The notes beneath the pieces are model-generated. The model was not told where the DNA came from, ran no database searches, and was given only the letters and a program-made list of their open reading frames with translations. From Felis catus (Eukaryota), in NCBI RefSeq assembly GCF_018350175.1, contig NC_058369.1:15068001-15132000 (forward strand): a DNA stretch of 64,000 nucleotides, given 5' to 3'. This document shows, one piece after another, positions 22,216 to 35,964 of this stretch (positions are counted from its first letter, which is position 1; every line of letters starts with the position of its first letter). A program made the translations under genes and the position numbers.

Positions 22216-25166
22216 TGGATTTCTTTTTCAGTGTCAGCCTCCTGTGTTTCCCTCCATCTTTTCTTCCTTCCCTTGCCCTCCCAAAGTCTTTTTTCTGATG
22301 TCTCTCTTCCAACCTACGTTTGGGTTTTTTTTTTTCCTCTTTAGATATAAGTACTCCCAGGTTTTAGGCTCAGTCCCCGTATGCTCCTCTTTTCCTTAAA
22401 GCTGTATTTTTTCTGAGTTGACCCTGTAGAACGTCCCTTCTCTGGGATGCTCTGGCGCAAAGGGTTCTACGGACCAGCGCGTGCAAAAACTAGCTCATTC
22501 CTTACCCCTCCGTAGAGACTCATGGTGCGGGAGCACGTTAAAGGCTCTGACAAGTCCCGCAATAAGGAGGCCCGTTTAACTCAAAGGCTTCCCAAATGTA
22601 TTTTGCCTTGAAGCCTTTTTACCATATTCCATTGATTCAGAGACGCACATGTTTTTTCCCCCCACGTGTTAACCATTTCTGAAACTGAGCTACATCTTAC
22701 AGCTGATTGGGCAAGAAAACTATGTTTTTTTTCTTTCTTGGAAGTTCCTGCAGTCACGGCATCAGATACTTCGATGGTATTTGAGATTTGAGGAGATGCA
22801 GTGTTCACGGCACATCTGTGGGTCCTCCTTCAGAACCAGTAAAAAGTGGAAACCGTGTTAAGAAACTGAGACTGCCAGGTGGTCAGACCCCACCTCTCCC
22901 TAGTGGGAGGCCCCGCCTCCTTGGCTTCCGGCGTCCCTCAGTTTAATACCGAGCCCAGATTCACAGAGCACGTCGCCCGGCCCGCCCTACTTTCCACTGT
23001 GACCGAAACGAACATTCCTTTCTGTAACAAGAGAATGCTGAAGATGATGGCCAGCTTTGCAGGGTCAATCTATACACATGGAACATGTCCACAGGATGAT
23101 GGTATTTAAGGGATTTCACGAGGTTTGTATTCATTCATTCTTTCCAGACCTTTCCAAATTCACTCTAGTCCCTTCAACCATGTGCCTTATGGGCTATTAA
23201 ATAAAAACCAATAAGCTAATGGCTCTTTTGAGGTACGGTTCATAGACCATAGGGTATGAGACATGATTCACATAAATGTAATTTAAAATGGGCGGCCCTT
23301 TGCAATGTCCTTTTGAAATGTACAACTCCGTGGTCTCTTGTTGTGTGTTCGTTTTCTGTTTTCTCGATGTTGTGCGTCAGTTACCACCATCTAATTCCTG
23401 AACATTTTCATCCCTCTGCGGGCTGCTGTAGTTTTTATTTCCAGGGCTGTTGTCCACATTTCGCAAACAATAACATAAACGTGAAGGATCCGAGGCCAGT
23501 TCCGAGGAAAGTGCGAGGGCGGGGGGTGGGGAGAAAAAGAAGTGGCAAAAACAGCAAAGTGTGTGGGAAGAAAACGCAGACAATCCTCACGACCCCCGAA
23601 GTGGAGTGGGGGAGATGGGGGGATCAGTGGCAGCTGGGAGCGTTTATCTGATCGGGCCTCCTGGGGTTTCACGGGGTCCGCCATCTTGGAAGTGATTAAG
23701 CCAGTCTTAGGTGAGGAGGGTCTCTAGGCCAAGGGAGGTTCCGCTGCTTCCGGGCCAGAGTCTCTGCTGTCCGGGAAGCCCCCAGGAAGGACCGGCAGGG
23801 GAGGCTTGGTGAGATGAGCCTGAGTCCTAGGGTCAGGCAGGCCTGGGTCTGAATCCCAGTTCCACCAACGCCCTGCTGTGTGGCCCTGGACAAGTTATTT
23901 TACTGCTCAGAGCTTCAGCTTCCTTATATATAAAGTGCTGGTCGCAATGTCTGTTTTTCGGCATTTGAGAGAATAATTATCGGCTAGAGACAGAACTCAG
24001 GGCCGGTGGACACAAGGCTATCCCTCTGGTACCTGGCGGCCTAATAATCGTCCATGGAGGAACCCCAGAAAGGGGAATGAGAGGCTGGAACAGGCGACAT
24101 AGGCAGCACTTGGGGACACGAGGGGCTTTAGCCCAGAAGAGAGCAGGTTGGGGGCATGTGAGGATGGGTTTTAATGTCTGAAGGTGTCTGTTTTCTTGAG
24201 GTGAGGCTGGAATTCTTGTTTGTACCTCTACCGAGCAGAGCTCCGGGCTTGGTTCGGATGTAGTAGGAAGGAGGCTTTTAGTCTGGTTCAAGAAAGAGCT
24301 GTCTGTCAAGAGCGGTAATCAAGAATGGAGGGGGCATCTCCCAAGGGCATGAAAAGTCTGCAACAGACACCTGAGGGCACGCTGGATGCTTCTGACTCTG
24401 AACTGCAGAGACTCAGGAACGCGACGGCCAGTTGGGGCAACTCTAGAGCAAGCTGGGAAATACGCCACGTTTCCTCACTCTGGGTTCTCACCGTGGGCCC
24501 ACTGGACCCCCCACCGGACTTGACCTCAGCCAGAAAGTGAAGGGAGAACGCAAGAAACTGCTTCTCCTGCAGCAGCCCAGCCCAGCCCCTTGAATGGAAG
24601 AGGCTGTCAAAATGGCAGCCCAAAGAGTCAAAAACCGTGGGCTTCGGGCCCCAGGAGAATGGTTTTCTTCAGGGTCCCCTCCCATGGGGGAGTCCATGGA
24701 CTCTGTCTGTCCATGCTCCCCCCTCAGTTCCCACCTCCTCCCCCTAAGATTCCGGACGGCTGCTTTATAATTCATTGCCTCACGTGTTCTGTCCAACTGA
24801 ATTGCTGCTCTGTTGCCAAAGATTAATCCCGACAGATAAGAAAAAGGACATCTGGAGAATATTGACTCTGTCACTTCTTATCTTCCCTCTCGGGGCCTTA
24901 GCATTTTCAGTGGCTTTGTTCCAAAGCTTTGTTAGGTTGTTGGAGAGGCTCCTTTTAGTAGGTGAGCTAATGGGAGTCTGGTGTTGAGCTCTCCCCAAGG
25001 CTGGATGCTGGCAGGGCCTGGTCACCTGTAGCTGTGTCTGAGGGACAGGGCTGGTCCTGGAGGCCTCAGGTCCCACCCCAGCCAGGAAATGTCCCCGCCT
25101 GTCTGAGCTGCTAAGAGCTAGGAAGACATCCTGAGAGGCAGTTGGCCTTTAAAGAATGTTACTTTA

Positions 25167-25385
25167 GGGGTATCTGGGCGGCTCAGTCGGTTAAGCATCC
25201 GACTTTGGCTCAGGTCATGATCTCACGGATCACAAGTTCAAGCCCCGTGTCGGGCTCTGTGCTGACAGCTCGGAGCCTGGAGCCCGCTTTGGATTCTGTG
25301 TCTCCTTCTCTCTCTGCCCCTCCCCTGCTCGTGCTCTGTCTCTCTTTGTTTCTCAAAAATGACTAAATGTTCAAAAAAAATTAAA
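25167..25385 (+). mobile_element. CanSINE
   Basis: Head, body and tail. Confidence 0.92.
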
Positions 25386-26886
25386 GACTATAACGTTAAC
25401 AAGCTCATCCTAAATGAAACATCACTGAAGCTTCGCCAGGATCTTTCTGGTTGTTCAGAAGATGGCCAGTGTCTCTTTTTCTCACTCCCTTCCCTCCCTA
25501 TACGCCCCCCTTCTCTCCCCATCCCTGTCCCTCTCTTTGTCTCCTTCTGACTCTTTTTGGCTATAATTTCTAAGGGCTCTGCATGTGGACCTGTTGATGG
25601 GGCTTGGGCAGGGGTGAGGGGTGATGGGGTGGGGGTGGGGTTTCAGCCACAGGGCAGGCCCCGGGGGGGGGGGGAGGGGGCCAGGAAGCGTTTGGGTGAA
25701 ACTGGCTTTGCTTTGTCCAACTACGCCTGTGTTATTTCCCAGGGGAGCCCTTCAGCGAGCACATTTCTCCACGTGGAAAATAAAGCGATGACCTGGGGAA
25801 CAAGTGTCCATGCTTCTCGTGATTGTTGGCCGTGACCACGTAGCACTTCGCTGCCTGCCCGGTCCCGAGCTCCACATTTTAAAAAATATGTGTGGTGAGT
25901 GTCTGGCTGCATTTTGTTTTTATGCAAACCGTAGCATACTGTTCACCTGCTCTGTCCCTCGGGGGTTTTTTCCTTTCCTTCTTTCAGTGTTAACAGAATT
26001 CTCCACTATCTTTCCACGTCTGCACAGAGGAAGCAACATCAATCATGTGTAATGACTTGTGCACCAAGTGCACTTTCTGCTCTGGGGCGCTGCCGCCATC
26101 TGGCCCCAAGCCTGCAGACTGTGACACTTGTGTCCCCAGGCTGCCATGTGTGAGTCGGAGGGGGCCGGAAGTGGGTGGCAACTCGAAGGCGGCAATCCAG
26201 GAGAGCTTGAAGAAGGTGCGGTCTACAAAGGTGTGGTCGCAGCAAAGGGACCCGCTAGGGAGTATGCTGTGGCCAGGGCCAGCACCCTCTCCTCTGCTCA
26301 TCTTATGAGGTCACTAGGGGCCTTGGGACTTGCCCAAGGTCATGCAGCGGGAGGCGAAGCCATCAGGAGACTAGGTTTCCTGACTTCCCATCAGTGGTTT
26401 GCTTTGAGTATCAAAAAAATGAAATAAGACAAAACCACCCTTGGTTATTTAAATTCCATTCATGAGTCTAAGGAAAGAGTTTTTGAATTAATCTTTTCCA
26501 CAATCAAGACTGAGTCCAATTAGTGGACTCTCCTATTGTGAATTTCCATAATTTCTCTATTTACCCAACTTCCAAATCGCTTTGTAAGCCGCAACTTGTA
26601 AATGTATTCATAGAAAATGGTTTTAAGAGCAAAAATTTGGTATCAGTTTAAGGGCCCCAAATTGTCAAGTCAATGAGGATTTGTCTCCCCAGCGGGGAAT
26701 TATGCATTTCTTAAACTAGGTATTGACGAAGAGTTTGCAATAAATGGAAGATGCTTAGCTATAACGCTTAAGGAAAATTGTGATCTCCCATTTATCTAGC
26801 GTATCACCACAATTAAATGTGAATTCACACAGGCAGGAGAACAAGCGCAAAACCCTGAAACTTACATAAAGAAAAATAAACACGGG

Positions 26887-27103
26887 GGGGCGCCTGGGTG
26901 GCGCAGTCGGTTAAGCGTCCGACTTCAGCCAGGTCACGATCTCGCGGTTCGTGAGTTCGAGCCCCACGTCGGGCTCTGGGCTCGGAGCCTGGAGCCTGTT
27001 TCCGATTCTGTGTCTCCCTCTCTCTCTGCCCCTCCCCCGTTCATGCTCTGTCTCTCTCTGTCCCAAAAATAAATAAACGTTGAAAAAAAAATTAAAAAAA
27101 AAA
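26887..27103 (+). mobile_element. Young CanSINE with a small internal deletion
   Basis: TSD aaagaaaaa(t/g)aaacacggg; ctctgggctcggagcc lacks the gatggct segment seen in sister copies. Confidence 0.95.
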
Positions 27104-28869
27104 AAAAGAAAAAGAAACACGGGAAAAGAATATGCCAACGTGTTACTTCAGAAGTGGGGGGGGGATGGTTGATTTTTATTCGCTCTATACTTTCATAACA
27201 ATAATGGCATCGGCTATGACAATCATAATTCAAAATAAAGTCTCTGTGACCATCTGACAAGGGATGTATATCCAGAGCCGAGAAGATACCCACAACTTCC
27301 GATCAGTCATTTCTCTTCCAGGAATCTGGTCCGAGGAAGTCCTTTTTGCTTTCGGAAAAAGTTCTAGGCAGGACGTTCGCTGCAGGTAGAAACTGGCAAA
27401 CACCCGAATTGCCAAACGGGGGCGGAACCACCTTACAGACAGTGTGGTTCAGCCGCTCGATGCCGCTGTGTATTCATGAAGAAAGAAAACTATGACAAGA
27501 GCGTGTACCACAGCTTTAAATGGAAGGCTCAGGGTTCACACCGAAATGGAAAGTAGGACTACAACAGGTTTTTAAAAAACGCTGTAGGTTTGGGGAAAAA
27601 TAGCCAAGGATGAGCAGAACGGGCTCGCACAGCGGGGAGGTGGGAGTGTGGGTGATTGCTTTTCTTGATTTTCCAACATTTTCTGTAATGTGCGTATCTT
27701 GCTTCTATAACTTCAAAAGCCACGCGAACTAGCTGTTCATCTGGGAAGCTGGTTCTAAACCACCTACCTCCTCAGCCACAGTCCCCAGGGAAGGCTGGAA
27801 CGTTGGAGGGGGAGCGAGAGGGGAAGTGTTCGTCCATGAAAGCCTGGCGACATCTGAGCAGCTAACCGCGCGGCGGATTCTGGATTCTGCACTGAGTAGG
27901 TAAAGAGAAATTGCCGGGCCCTGCAGGGGTCAAGGTGGGGAATGGAGAGGTAAGGAGTGCAGGCAGAGCACACAGTTAAAATCAGCCAGTAGATGAGTTC
28001 CCGGGGACAAACGTCAAATCCCTCCTACCCGCCAGGGAGAGGAGGGCTGCGGGTGTAGACGCCTGAGGACAGCATCCAGGCAGCCAGAAAAGGGAGGTGC
28101 CCAGGATAGGACCCCAGAGACCTGGGTTCTGGGGCTCACGCCGCCAACCTTAACCAAGGGGCTCTGAGGCTCCTTCCGGCTCCCAGTGCCTGTGATCTGT
28201 GCTGCCCTTTGCGCTTGAAATTCTCCTCCTCATCTCCCAACCCAAGTGCCTCCGCCTCCGTGAAGCCTCCCTTTGCTGCCCCGTCTGGGCTCTGTGATGT
28301 CCACAGCTCGGAGCTTGAAACGGGTTCGGACCTGACGTGTTCCACCTGAAACCGAGCAGCATAAGCATCTGACAGGTAGGCAGCATCTAGGCTGTGCCAG
28401 CCTCTGTACTTGGCCGCATGTTGTCAGGAGGCGGGTCAGTCTATCTTCCAGAACCGGGGCTGTGGATTTGTGCCCGGTTACCCATTACTGCAGAGCAAAC
28501 GGTCCCAGGGCCTAGAGGGGAAAACCACCGCCACCTTTATTTTGCTCATTTTTATGGTGACAGCTGGGGCAGCCGGAAGCCGGGGCAGGAAGTATCCGAA
28601 AGCTCACTCGCTCACTCACACGGCTGATGGCTGACACTGGCTGTTGGGTAAGACCCCAGCGGGGGCTGTTGGCTGGAACGTCTGGTGGGTGCCCGAGTCT
28701 GTTTCTATGACACGATCTCGTCAATGTAATGGACTGATGGTGTCCTGAGGGATATGCAGTGGGGCAGGTCCCTTTGGACCCCATTACGACAGAGGGTGGG
28801 AGAGGTAACGTGACCCTTGGGAAGGATCATCAGTGCGTGCTGCTGTCTAAGTGAAAGTGAGTTGTTTCT

Positions 28870-29503
28870 TTTTTTTTTTTTTTAATTTTTTTTTTCAACG
28901 TTTATTCATTTTTGGGACAGAGAGAGACAGAGCATGAACGGGGGAGGGGCAGAGAGAGAGGGAGACACAGAATCTGAAACAGGCTCCGGGCTCTGAGCCA
29001 TCAGCCCAGAGCCCGACTCGGGGCTCGAACTCCCGGACCGCGAGATCGTGACCTGGCTGAAGTCGGACGCTCAACCGACTGCGCCACCCAGGCGCCCCAA
29101 AAGTGAGTTGTTTCTGATAAGGATGGGGGGAAGAAAAAGAAAATGCACTTGCCAGATTAATGCCTGTATATCATGTCTCTTTTTAATTTTATTTATTTTT
29201 TTTAATTTTTTTTAATGTTTATTTATTTTTGAGGCAGAGAGAGACAGAGCATGAACGGGGGAGGTGCAGAGAGAGAGGGAGACACAGAATCGGAAACAGG
29301 CTCCAGGCTCTGAGCCATCAGCCCAGAGCCTGACACGGGGCTCGAACTCATGGACCGCGAGATCGTGACCTGGGTCGAAGTCGGACGCTTAACCGACTGA
29401 GCCACCCAGGCGCCCCATGTCTCCTTTTAATTTTAAAGCAAAATTTTTTTTTAAGTTTATTGATTTATTTTGAGAGAGAAAGAGAGTGTGCGAGCAGGGA
29501 AGG

Positions 29504-29553
<50 letters not shown>

Positions 29554-29679
29554 CCCAAGCAGGCTCCTCACTGTCAGTGCAGAGCCCAGTGCAGGGCTCG
29601 ATCTCATGAACCCTGAGATCATGACCTGAGCTGAACCCAAGAGCTGGATGCTTAACCGACTGAGCTACCCAGGCACCCC
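28870..29679 (-). mobile_element. Cluster of three co-oriented CanSINEs (28870-29098, ~29180-29416, ~29443-29679)
   Basis: First copy has a perfect TSD aaagtgagttgtttct (28854-28869 / 29100-29115). Second has TSD catgtctc(t/c)ttttaatttta. Third has a long (GA)n. Confidence 0.95.
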
Positions 29680-32109
29680 AGCAACTCACGTCTTCTTAAT
29701 CTGCATTTGGCAACTGCTATTTGGGGCTGCTATTTGGCTAGATTTGAGGAAGTTCACTGTTGTCTTCCAGGGTCCATCTGGCCTTTGGAGGGGACCATCA
29801 TCTTTGTATCCTTGGGATGTGATGTGAGAAGCGGGCACTTTCAGGGGCTTGATTTGGCCTTTTCCTTCATGTTAGCTCCCACGATTTGTAACACACAGTA
29901 AGTCACGGCTGTTATCTTTCAACCTGGAAACATCCACTCTGGGTTGGAATCCTGGTTGGAATCTGCCGTGAACGGAGTGCATATCCTTGGGCAGGTGACC
30001 GAGCCTCTGAGCTTCCGTTTCCTCATCTGTGAAATGGGGATGATGGCATCTGGTTTGCAGGGTTGTCGTGAAGCGTAATCAGGCCGCTATATGAGATAGA
30101 CGTGCCTGGCGTAGTTCCACATACAGCGTTTCCTGAACGGAAGCTTTATGTTCTCAAGACTTCCTCACTCTGCCCGGGTTTCATGGAGTTCTTTGCCGAT
30201 GGACCGGTGGAGCTTTGGCTGAGCCCGGAATCCGCTTTACGCGAGACTGTTCAGCGTTGAGTCATCCAGGACTTGATTTTCCAGCTCACTGGGAAGGTCC
30301 CTACTTCCAAAAACAGCTCTTCTTCTGGCCTGCCTGTGCCTGGAATTTCACCATGAGAAAGCTATATCTTTGTTTCTTTTTCATCTCCGGGAAGCCGCTG
30401 TTTGCCACTCACATTTCCCAAGGGTATGGCCCTTGCTTTCTGTTTCCCCAAGCAGTATCGGTCCTTCCCACAGCCTTGGGAGGTAAATCAGACATTTGTC
30501 CCGAGTCACTCAGTTGGAAAGGGAGGAGCTGGGGTTTGAAGGGAACACTCCCCCCGGAGAGGTTCTCACCCAGCCGCAGGAAGTCTGAGTTGTTAGCTCC
30601 AACATACTGTTGGTTGTCTATTGGTCTAACAAACCACACTCCGCAGCTCGAGGTGAGGCGCGAGCGAGTCAGTTCCTGTCAATTACAGTTAAACGTTAAG
30701 GGCCTGCCTTGTGTCTCAAGCGTCGGGCCTACATCGTGTCTACCCCAGGACAGCGCCTGGCCTGGAGGACTCTACCACGAGAAGAACTTAACCGGGGTCA
30801 CACAGTTTTTGGCAAGAGAGCCTGGAAGGGAGCCCGGGCCACAGGATTTCAGAGCCTGATCCCAAGCCTTTAACCACGACGCCCCCCTGCCATCCGCAGA
30901 ATGAACAGCCCAGGAGAGGGTGTGCGGAGTCAGGAAGCGTGGGGAGGGCGGTGCAGGCCGGGGGAACAGCCCAACCGAAGGCCCAGAGTGGGGAAGCAGC
31001 TGTGTGTGTCCTCGGGGTCACTGGAGGACAAAGTGAGAGAAAGTTCGTGGAGATGACCACGAGGGGGCTGCGATTACCTGAGGAAACTCAGGGAAGCAGA
31101 GAAGGCTCAGCTCTTCCCCCAGGGACGTTTCCAGGGCCTGCTGGGCACAGCCTCCAGCCGAGGACATCTCTCTAGACCGTCTGGAGCTGGGATTTGTTGC
31201 TTGTTTGGAAAGCACACTTCTCTGCCCTGCTAGGGCCTTTGGGGCACCGTTTTCTGGCGTCGGCCATCACCGGCAGCCACGTTTAACACCAAGCCCCACG
31301 GCGGTCGGAGCGGGTGGCAGCATCGCCTCTAAGCTCAGCCAGGGATGGAACTGACCCCCCTGGGACCCCAGCACCGCCGGGAACGGGCTGAGCTTTGAGG
31401 GGCTGCCTCTTCCTCGGAACATATGTGGTCTTAGTGGCAACCGTGTACCTGGGCCACTAAAAAAAAAAGCAAACAAGTGGAAATACGTCCCAACCAGCCC
31501 GGATGGGGGAGGCGGGGAGGGGCGGCCAGGAGGGTGGCTTTGGGGGAACGGATCCGAGACAGAGTCCTGGCACTTCCCTTTGCCGCGGGGCCTGGGCTGG
31601 TCTCTTAAGCTCTGAAGTGCGTGGTGTCTCCAGATGTGACGTGCCATCCCTGAATACTCCTGTTGGCGTCCGGCTCTAAGCGTGGAGGCCAACTCAGAAG
31701 CAAGTGTCCGATCACGGTAACCCTTGGCGTGGCGCCTGGGAGGTACTGACCAGTGTGTCGTCACACTTTCAGGCCAGATTCTTCCAGAACCTGGGCTAAG
31801 GGTTTGTGTGCCAACTGGGAAGGGAACGGGAACGGCAGGTGAGGGAGCCCCGCAAGGCAGGGAGCTCAGGTGGAGCGGCAGCCTTGGCCTGATCCTTTGG
31901 GGAGTTCTGGGCTTGTTTTGCTGGAGGTGAAGGAGCTGGCACCTGTCCTTCACATCAGTCAGTGATTGGCCTCAGGTGGCCGGGAGGGCGGGGGATGGCG
32001 GGGGGGGAAATTCACTCAAAGTAATCTCTACACCCAGTGGGGGGCTTGAACTTACCACCCTGAGATCAAGAGTCACACGCTCCACCGACCGAACCAGCTA
32101 GGCGCCCCA

Positions 32110-33054
32110 AAACAACAATTTATTAGGACGGCTTCTGCGGGCCAGGAATCTGAGAGCAGCCTCCCTGGGTGGTATTGACTCCCTCAAGGTTGGGCTCATG
32201 CTGATCGCTGGGCCGCAGTCATCCGAAGGCTTGACTGGGGCTGGAGGAGCCAATACTAAGCAGGCTCTCTCAGGCCAGGGGTGACTGGAGGCCTCAGTTC
32301 CCTACCACTGGGCTTTTCACAGGGCTGCTGGGGTATGCCCCTCATATGGCAGCCGGGCAAGCGGTCCAGGAGACAAAGCAGGGAGGAAGCCGTAATGCCT
32401 TTTGTTCCCGATCTTGGGCATCACACGCTGTCACTTCTGCCACATCTTACTAGGAGCCAGTTACTTGGTAGGGAAGGGGGAGTAGCTTTAAAAGGCAGAA
32501 ATATTTCGGGGCGCCTGGGTGGCTCAGCCGGTTAAGCGTCCGACCTCGGCTCCGGTCGTGATCTCACAGTTCGTGAGTTCGAGCTCTGTATCGGGCTCTG
32601 TGCTGACAGCTCAGAGCCTGGAGCCTGCTTCGGATTCTGTGTCCCTCTCTCTCTCTGCCCCTCCCCTGCTTGCTCTCTGTCTCTGTCTCTGTCTCAAAAA
32701 TAAATAAACATGAAAAAAAATACATAAAAGGGAGACATATCAAATAATTTAGGGGTGTGTTTTATTTTTATTTTTATTATTTTTTAATGTGTATTTATAT
32801 TTGAGAGAGAGAGAGAGACAGAGAGAGAGGGAGAGAGAGACAGAGACAGAGACAGCAAGTAGGGGGAGGGGCAGAGCGAGAGGGAGACACAAAATCTGAA
32901 GCAGGCTCCAGGCTCTGAGCTGTCAGCACAGAGCCCGACGTGGGGCTCGAGCTCATGAGCCTTCGAGCTGTGAGATCATGACCTGAGCCGAAGTCAGATG
33001 CTTAACCTACTGACCCACCCAGGCGCCCTTAGGGACGTGTTTTAAAGCCACCAC
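32110..33054 (-). mobile_element. MLT1-type LTR interrupted by two CanSINEs (32508-32720 plus strand, 32760-33028 minus strand)
   Basis: ggccaggaatctgagagcagc…gaaggcttgactggggctggagga…; terminal ttttaaagccaccaca at ~33054. Preceded by a short tRNA-like SINE at ~32020-32107. Confidence 0.7.
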
Positions 33055-33449
33055 AATGTGGTACAGCTTTGTTCCCACCTTGCAAGTAAGTGTGTTTGAG
33101 GAGCTCTTTCCCCGGACTCCCTGGCTAAGGTCCCCTCCCGTGTCATTCTGCCACCCGGTGGAGGGAGGGTGCTGTTGCACCTGTTGCTGGACCCACCCTC
33201 CCCCAGGCCCGGCCAGCCCTGCCCTCCGGACCTCCTCTCTGCTTCCCTGGGACAGCTCCCTGGAAGCTTCCCTCCTCTCTGCTTTCCTCCTCTCTGCTTC
33301 CCTTCTCTTTGTTCCCAGAGACAGATGCGAAAGCTCAGAGACTCAGGGTTTCACCTTTGTGGGAAAGGGCTTCAGCATGGTCACATCCGCCAAGGATGCT
33401 GGGGGAGGTCTCTGAAGGGCTGAGGCGGCGCCCCTGCGCAGAAGGTCCC

Positions 33450-34260
33450 GTCCCTATGCGAGACTTGATTCTGGGCAAGGCCGATCCACTCAGCACACAC
33501 CTACTCTTTGAGCCGAGGGTGAAGAAGTACTCAGCCACATTCCCCACTCTCTGGCGAGCGTGCTTGTGGGGGGGGGGGGCGCCCAGGGAGGCAGAGTGAG
33601 GCTGGGAGACGTACATATAAAGTGCAGCCCCTGCCAACCTCTGTTCTGGCCTTTGTGCTGGGCGGCTGTGAGCATGCACCTTGAAGACCTCCAACCCCGG
33701 GAGGTTAACTCGACCAAGGGCCCCACCTCCTGGGTCTTGAATCCACACTCCCATTTGTGCTGAGGCCACGAGGCTTGCCAAGTACCCATCAATACTGAGT
33801 GCAAAAGGGATACTGAGGCCAGCCCATCGATTCCTGGGATGTCCCTTAACTTTGGCTCAAGGACACCCCAATGGCTTTGCTGAAACTCCCTTAGACGGCA
33901 CAGGAGTCTAAGATACTCAACCTAGGTTTCTCCCTTACTCGGAGTTAGGGTGGCCAGAAACAATGCAGGATACTCGGCTAAATGTGAGTTTCCGATGAAC
34001 ACAAACCATTAGTATAAGTATGTCCCAAATACCGCATGGGGTAGGCTTATTCTAAAAAATCGTTGGCCATTTATCTAAAATTCACATTTACCTGTGTGTG
34101 CGGGCTATTTGCTAAATCTGGTGACCCTACTGGGGTCTGACTCACCTTGCAGATTCCTCTGTTCTCAATTTTCTGTCCCACATGCAGCTCCTCTAATAAA
34201 ATCTTTGCACGTTTAATCCCTCCTTGGCATCGACTTCCCAGAGGGCCCGGACTAACCCAG
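33450..34260 (+). mobile_element. ERVL-class LTR (LTR33/LTR41-like) containing a MER53 insertion
   Basis: 3' end aataaaatctttgcacgtttaatccctccttggcatcgacttcccagagggcccggactaaccca matches the ERVL LTR terminus pattern. The left boundary is uncertain. Confidence 0.55.
33946..34129. mobile_element. MER53 palindromic non-autonomous DNA transposon
   Basis: TIRs tagggtggccaga / tctggtgacccta (11/13 complementary); core ttagtataagtatgtcccaaat. Confidence 0.85.
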
Positions 34261-34499
34261 CAGGGCTGGGCCGGGAACGGGAGCGAAATGTCGGCAGTCT
34301 TGACTTACAAACTAGTTTCTTTACATCGGGCATGATCCTGGGAGTGGGGTCCTCTTTTGGTGCTCAAAGCCACAGTTGCAGGGGGTTGGGGGGCTCCTCT
34401 CCCTGAGTCCGACTTGGAAGGCAGGTTCTAAGTGCAGGGAAATTCTAAATGAGTTCTGCAATTTTAGGGTGCCCAAGGTTTGCATGGGGGAATAGGAGG

Positions 34500-34612
34500 T
34501 AAAATGTAGATTCTTAGGTCCCCTGCCTCCAGATCTCCCAATTCTAGCGATCTAGGGTCAGGGGTCAGCAGTTTGCATTTTCACAGGCTCCACACTCGAT
34601 TTGGAAACTGCT
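34500..34612. mobile_element. MER5-type hAT-Charlie fragment
   Basis: aaaatgtagattcttaggtcccc…tttgcattttcacaggctcc…tttggaaactgct. Confidence 0.55.
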
Positions 34613-35964
34613 GAGGGAAAATAACTCAGCCTATTTTGTAAAACTTCCCATGAATGCTCCTGCCCATGCCTATTCAGGGCTCTCTCCGGGTGATAATTAA
34701 TTTAGCAGTCAGGGTGTCAAAACTAGGACTGAGTTTGCATTCCTTTCTTCCCCTCCACACACTTATTTTTTTGAAGCCTCTTTCTGTGTTAGAAAAATTT
34801 GCTAGGAGTTTGGGTCCTTGGGAAGATATGGCATACTTTTTTTTTTTTTTAAATTTGATAACGAGAGCAACACAAATCACTTTTGCCTTGCCTGCTAGGA
34901 GGCTCAGAACAAGATTTTTTTTTTTTTTTCTGTAAATTGCAGTGCTTTTTCTAAATCAGGATTTCTGATACAAGAAATGCCTGCCTTCTGCCAAGCAAAC
35001 ACTTCATGACATTGTTACTGCTGTTTCATTCCTGGCCTTAATAGGGGCCTTAATAGGGGCTTGTCTCTTTGTTTCTTATTGTAAACAGCAGACTTTGGTC
35101 CTTTTAGAGGTCTGTGGGGTAGAAACCAGTCCTCACTGACCTGCCTCCTGAGAACTGCGGGTGCTTCCCGGGGGCCAGGATAATCTCTTCTGTGCTTCTG
35201 TGGGAGGGTTACAGTGGACACCGTAAAGCCACAGAGAGGGCATGGCAAGGCGGGTGGCACCCTTAAAGGCAGAGCTGGGTGGGGATCGGTGTGGGAGGAT
35301 AGCAGTGGGCGGTGTAACCAGTGGGTTCGGAGTGGGTGTTGGCTGATTCTGATCCCGGGCTGGGCGAGTCAGCCGGGGAGGAATGTCCTGACTCATCCAA
35401 GTCTTGGTTTCTCTTAGGGTGGAGGGCTGTCCCTGCGGGCTGGGGAATCTGGAAAGATAAAAACGGACAATGGAGCTCAATATGAAGCCAGGGGGGAACA
35501 GGCGTCCCCGCCACAAGCGGTCAAGGCCTCTCGCCTTCTGATAACACCACCCACCACTTACAGAGGACCTAGGAAGTGCCAACCTGCACGAGGGACTGCA
35601 TTTGGGGCCATCCGGCTAGGTGACATGGGGCAGGGGAGAGCTCCATCTGGAGAATGGGTGCGTGGGGTGGCGGTGGAGGGCCGGGGGCTCCGAGCCCCGG
35701 TGTCTTCCCTCTTGTGTGTCCTGGCAGTGTGCTGGCTGGGTGTACTGATGGAAGCCTGGGGTGGGGTGGGGGGTCCAGGCGTCTCTCCATGCGCTTAGCC
35801 CCAGGCTGCTGGCTCTAAGCCACCCCCGCAATAGGTTAACGGGCTGGCGGCTGGCTGCCCAGGAGCCAGAAGTGTCTGTGTCCTATCAGGACCCCTGCCC
35901 TTCATTATGGTGGTCTGTAAAAAGCTGTTCTCACCAGCCCTATGGACATGCACTTTTTCTTTTC

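Noticed and set aside
23678..23689. YY1-like CCGCCATCTTGG (a similar CGCCATCTTGG at ~53449) and about a dozen scattered AP-1 heptamers
   Set aside because: Isolated short motifs. About 8 AP-1 heptamers are expected by chance in 64 kb, and GCCATCTTG is common in LTR relics.
35034..35060. 12-bp tandem duplication ggccttaatagg x2
   Set aside because: Ordinary slippage duplication with no further structure.
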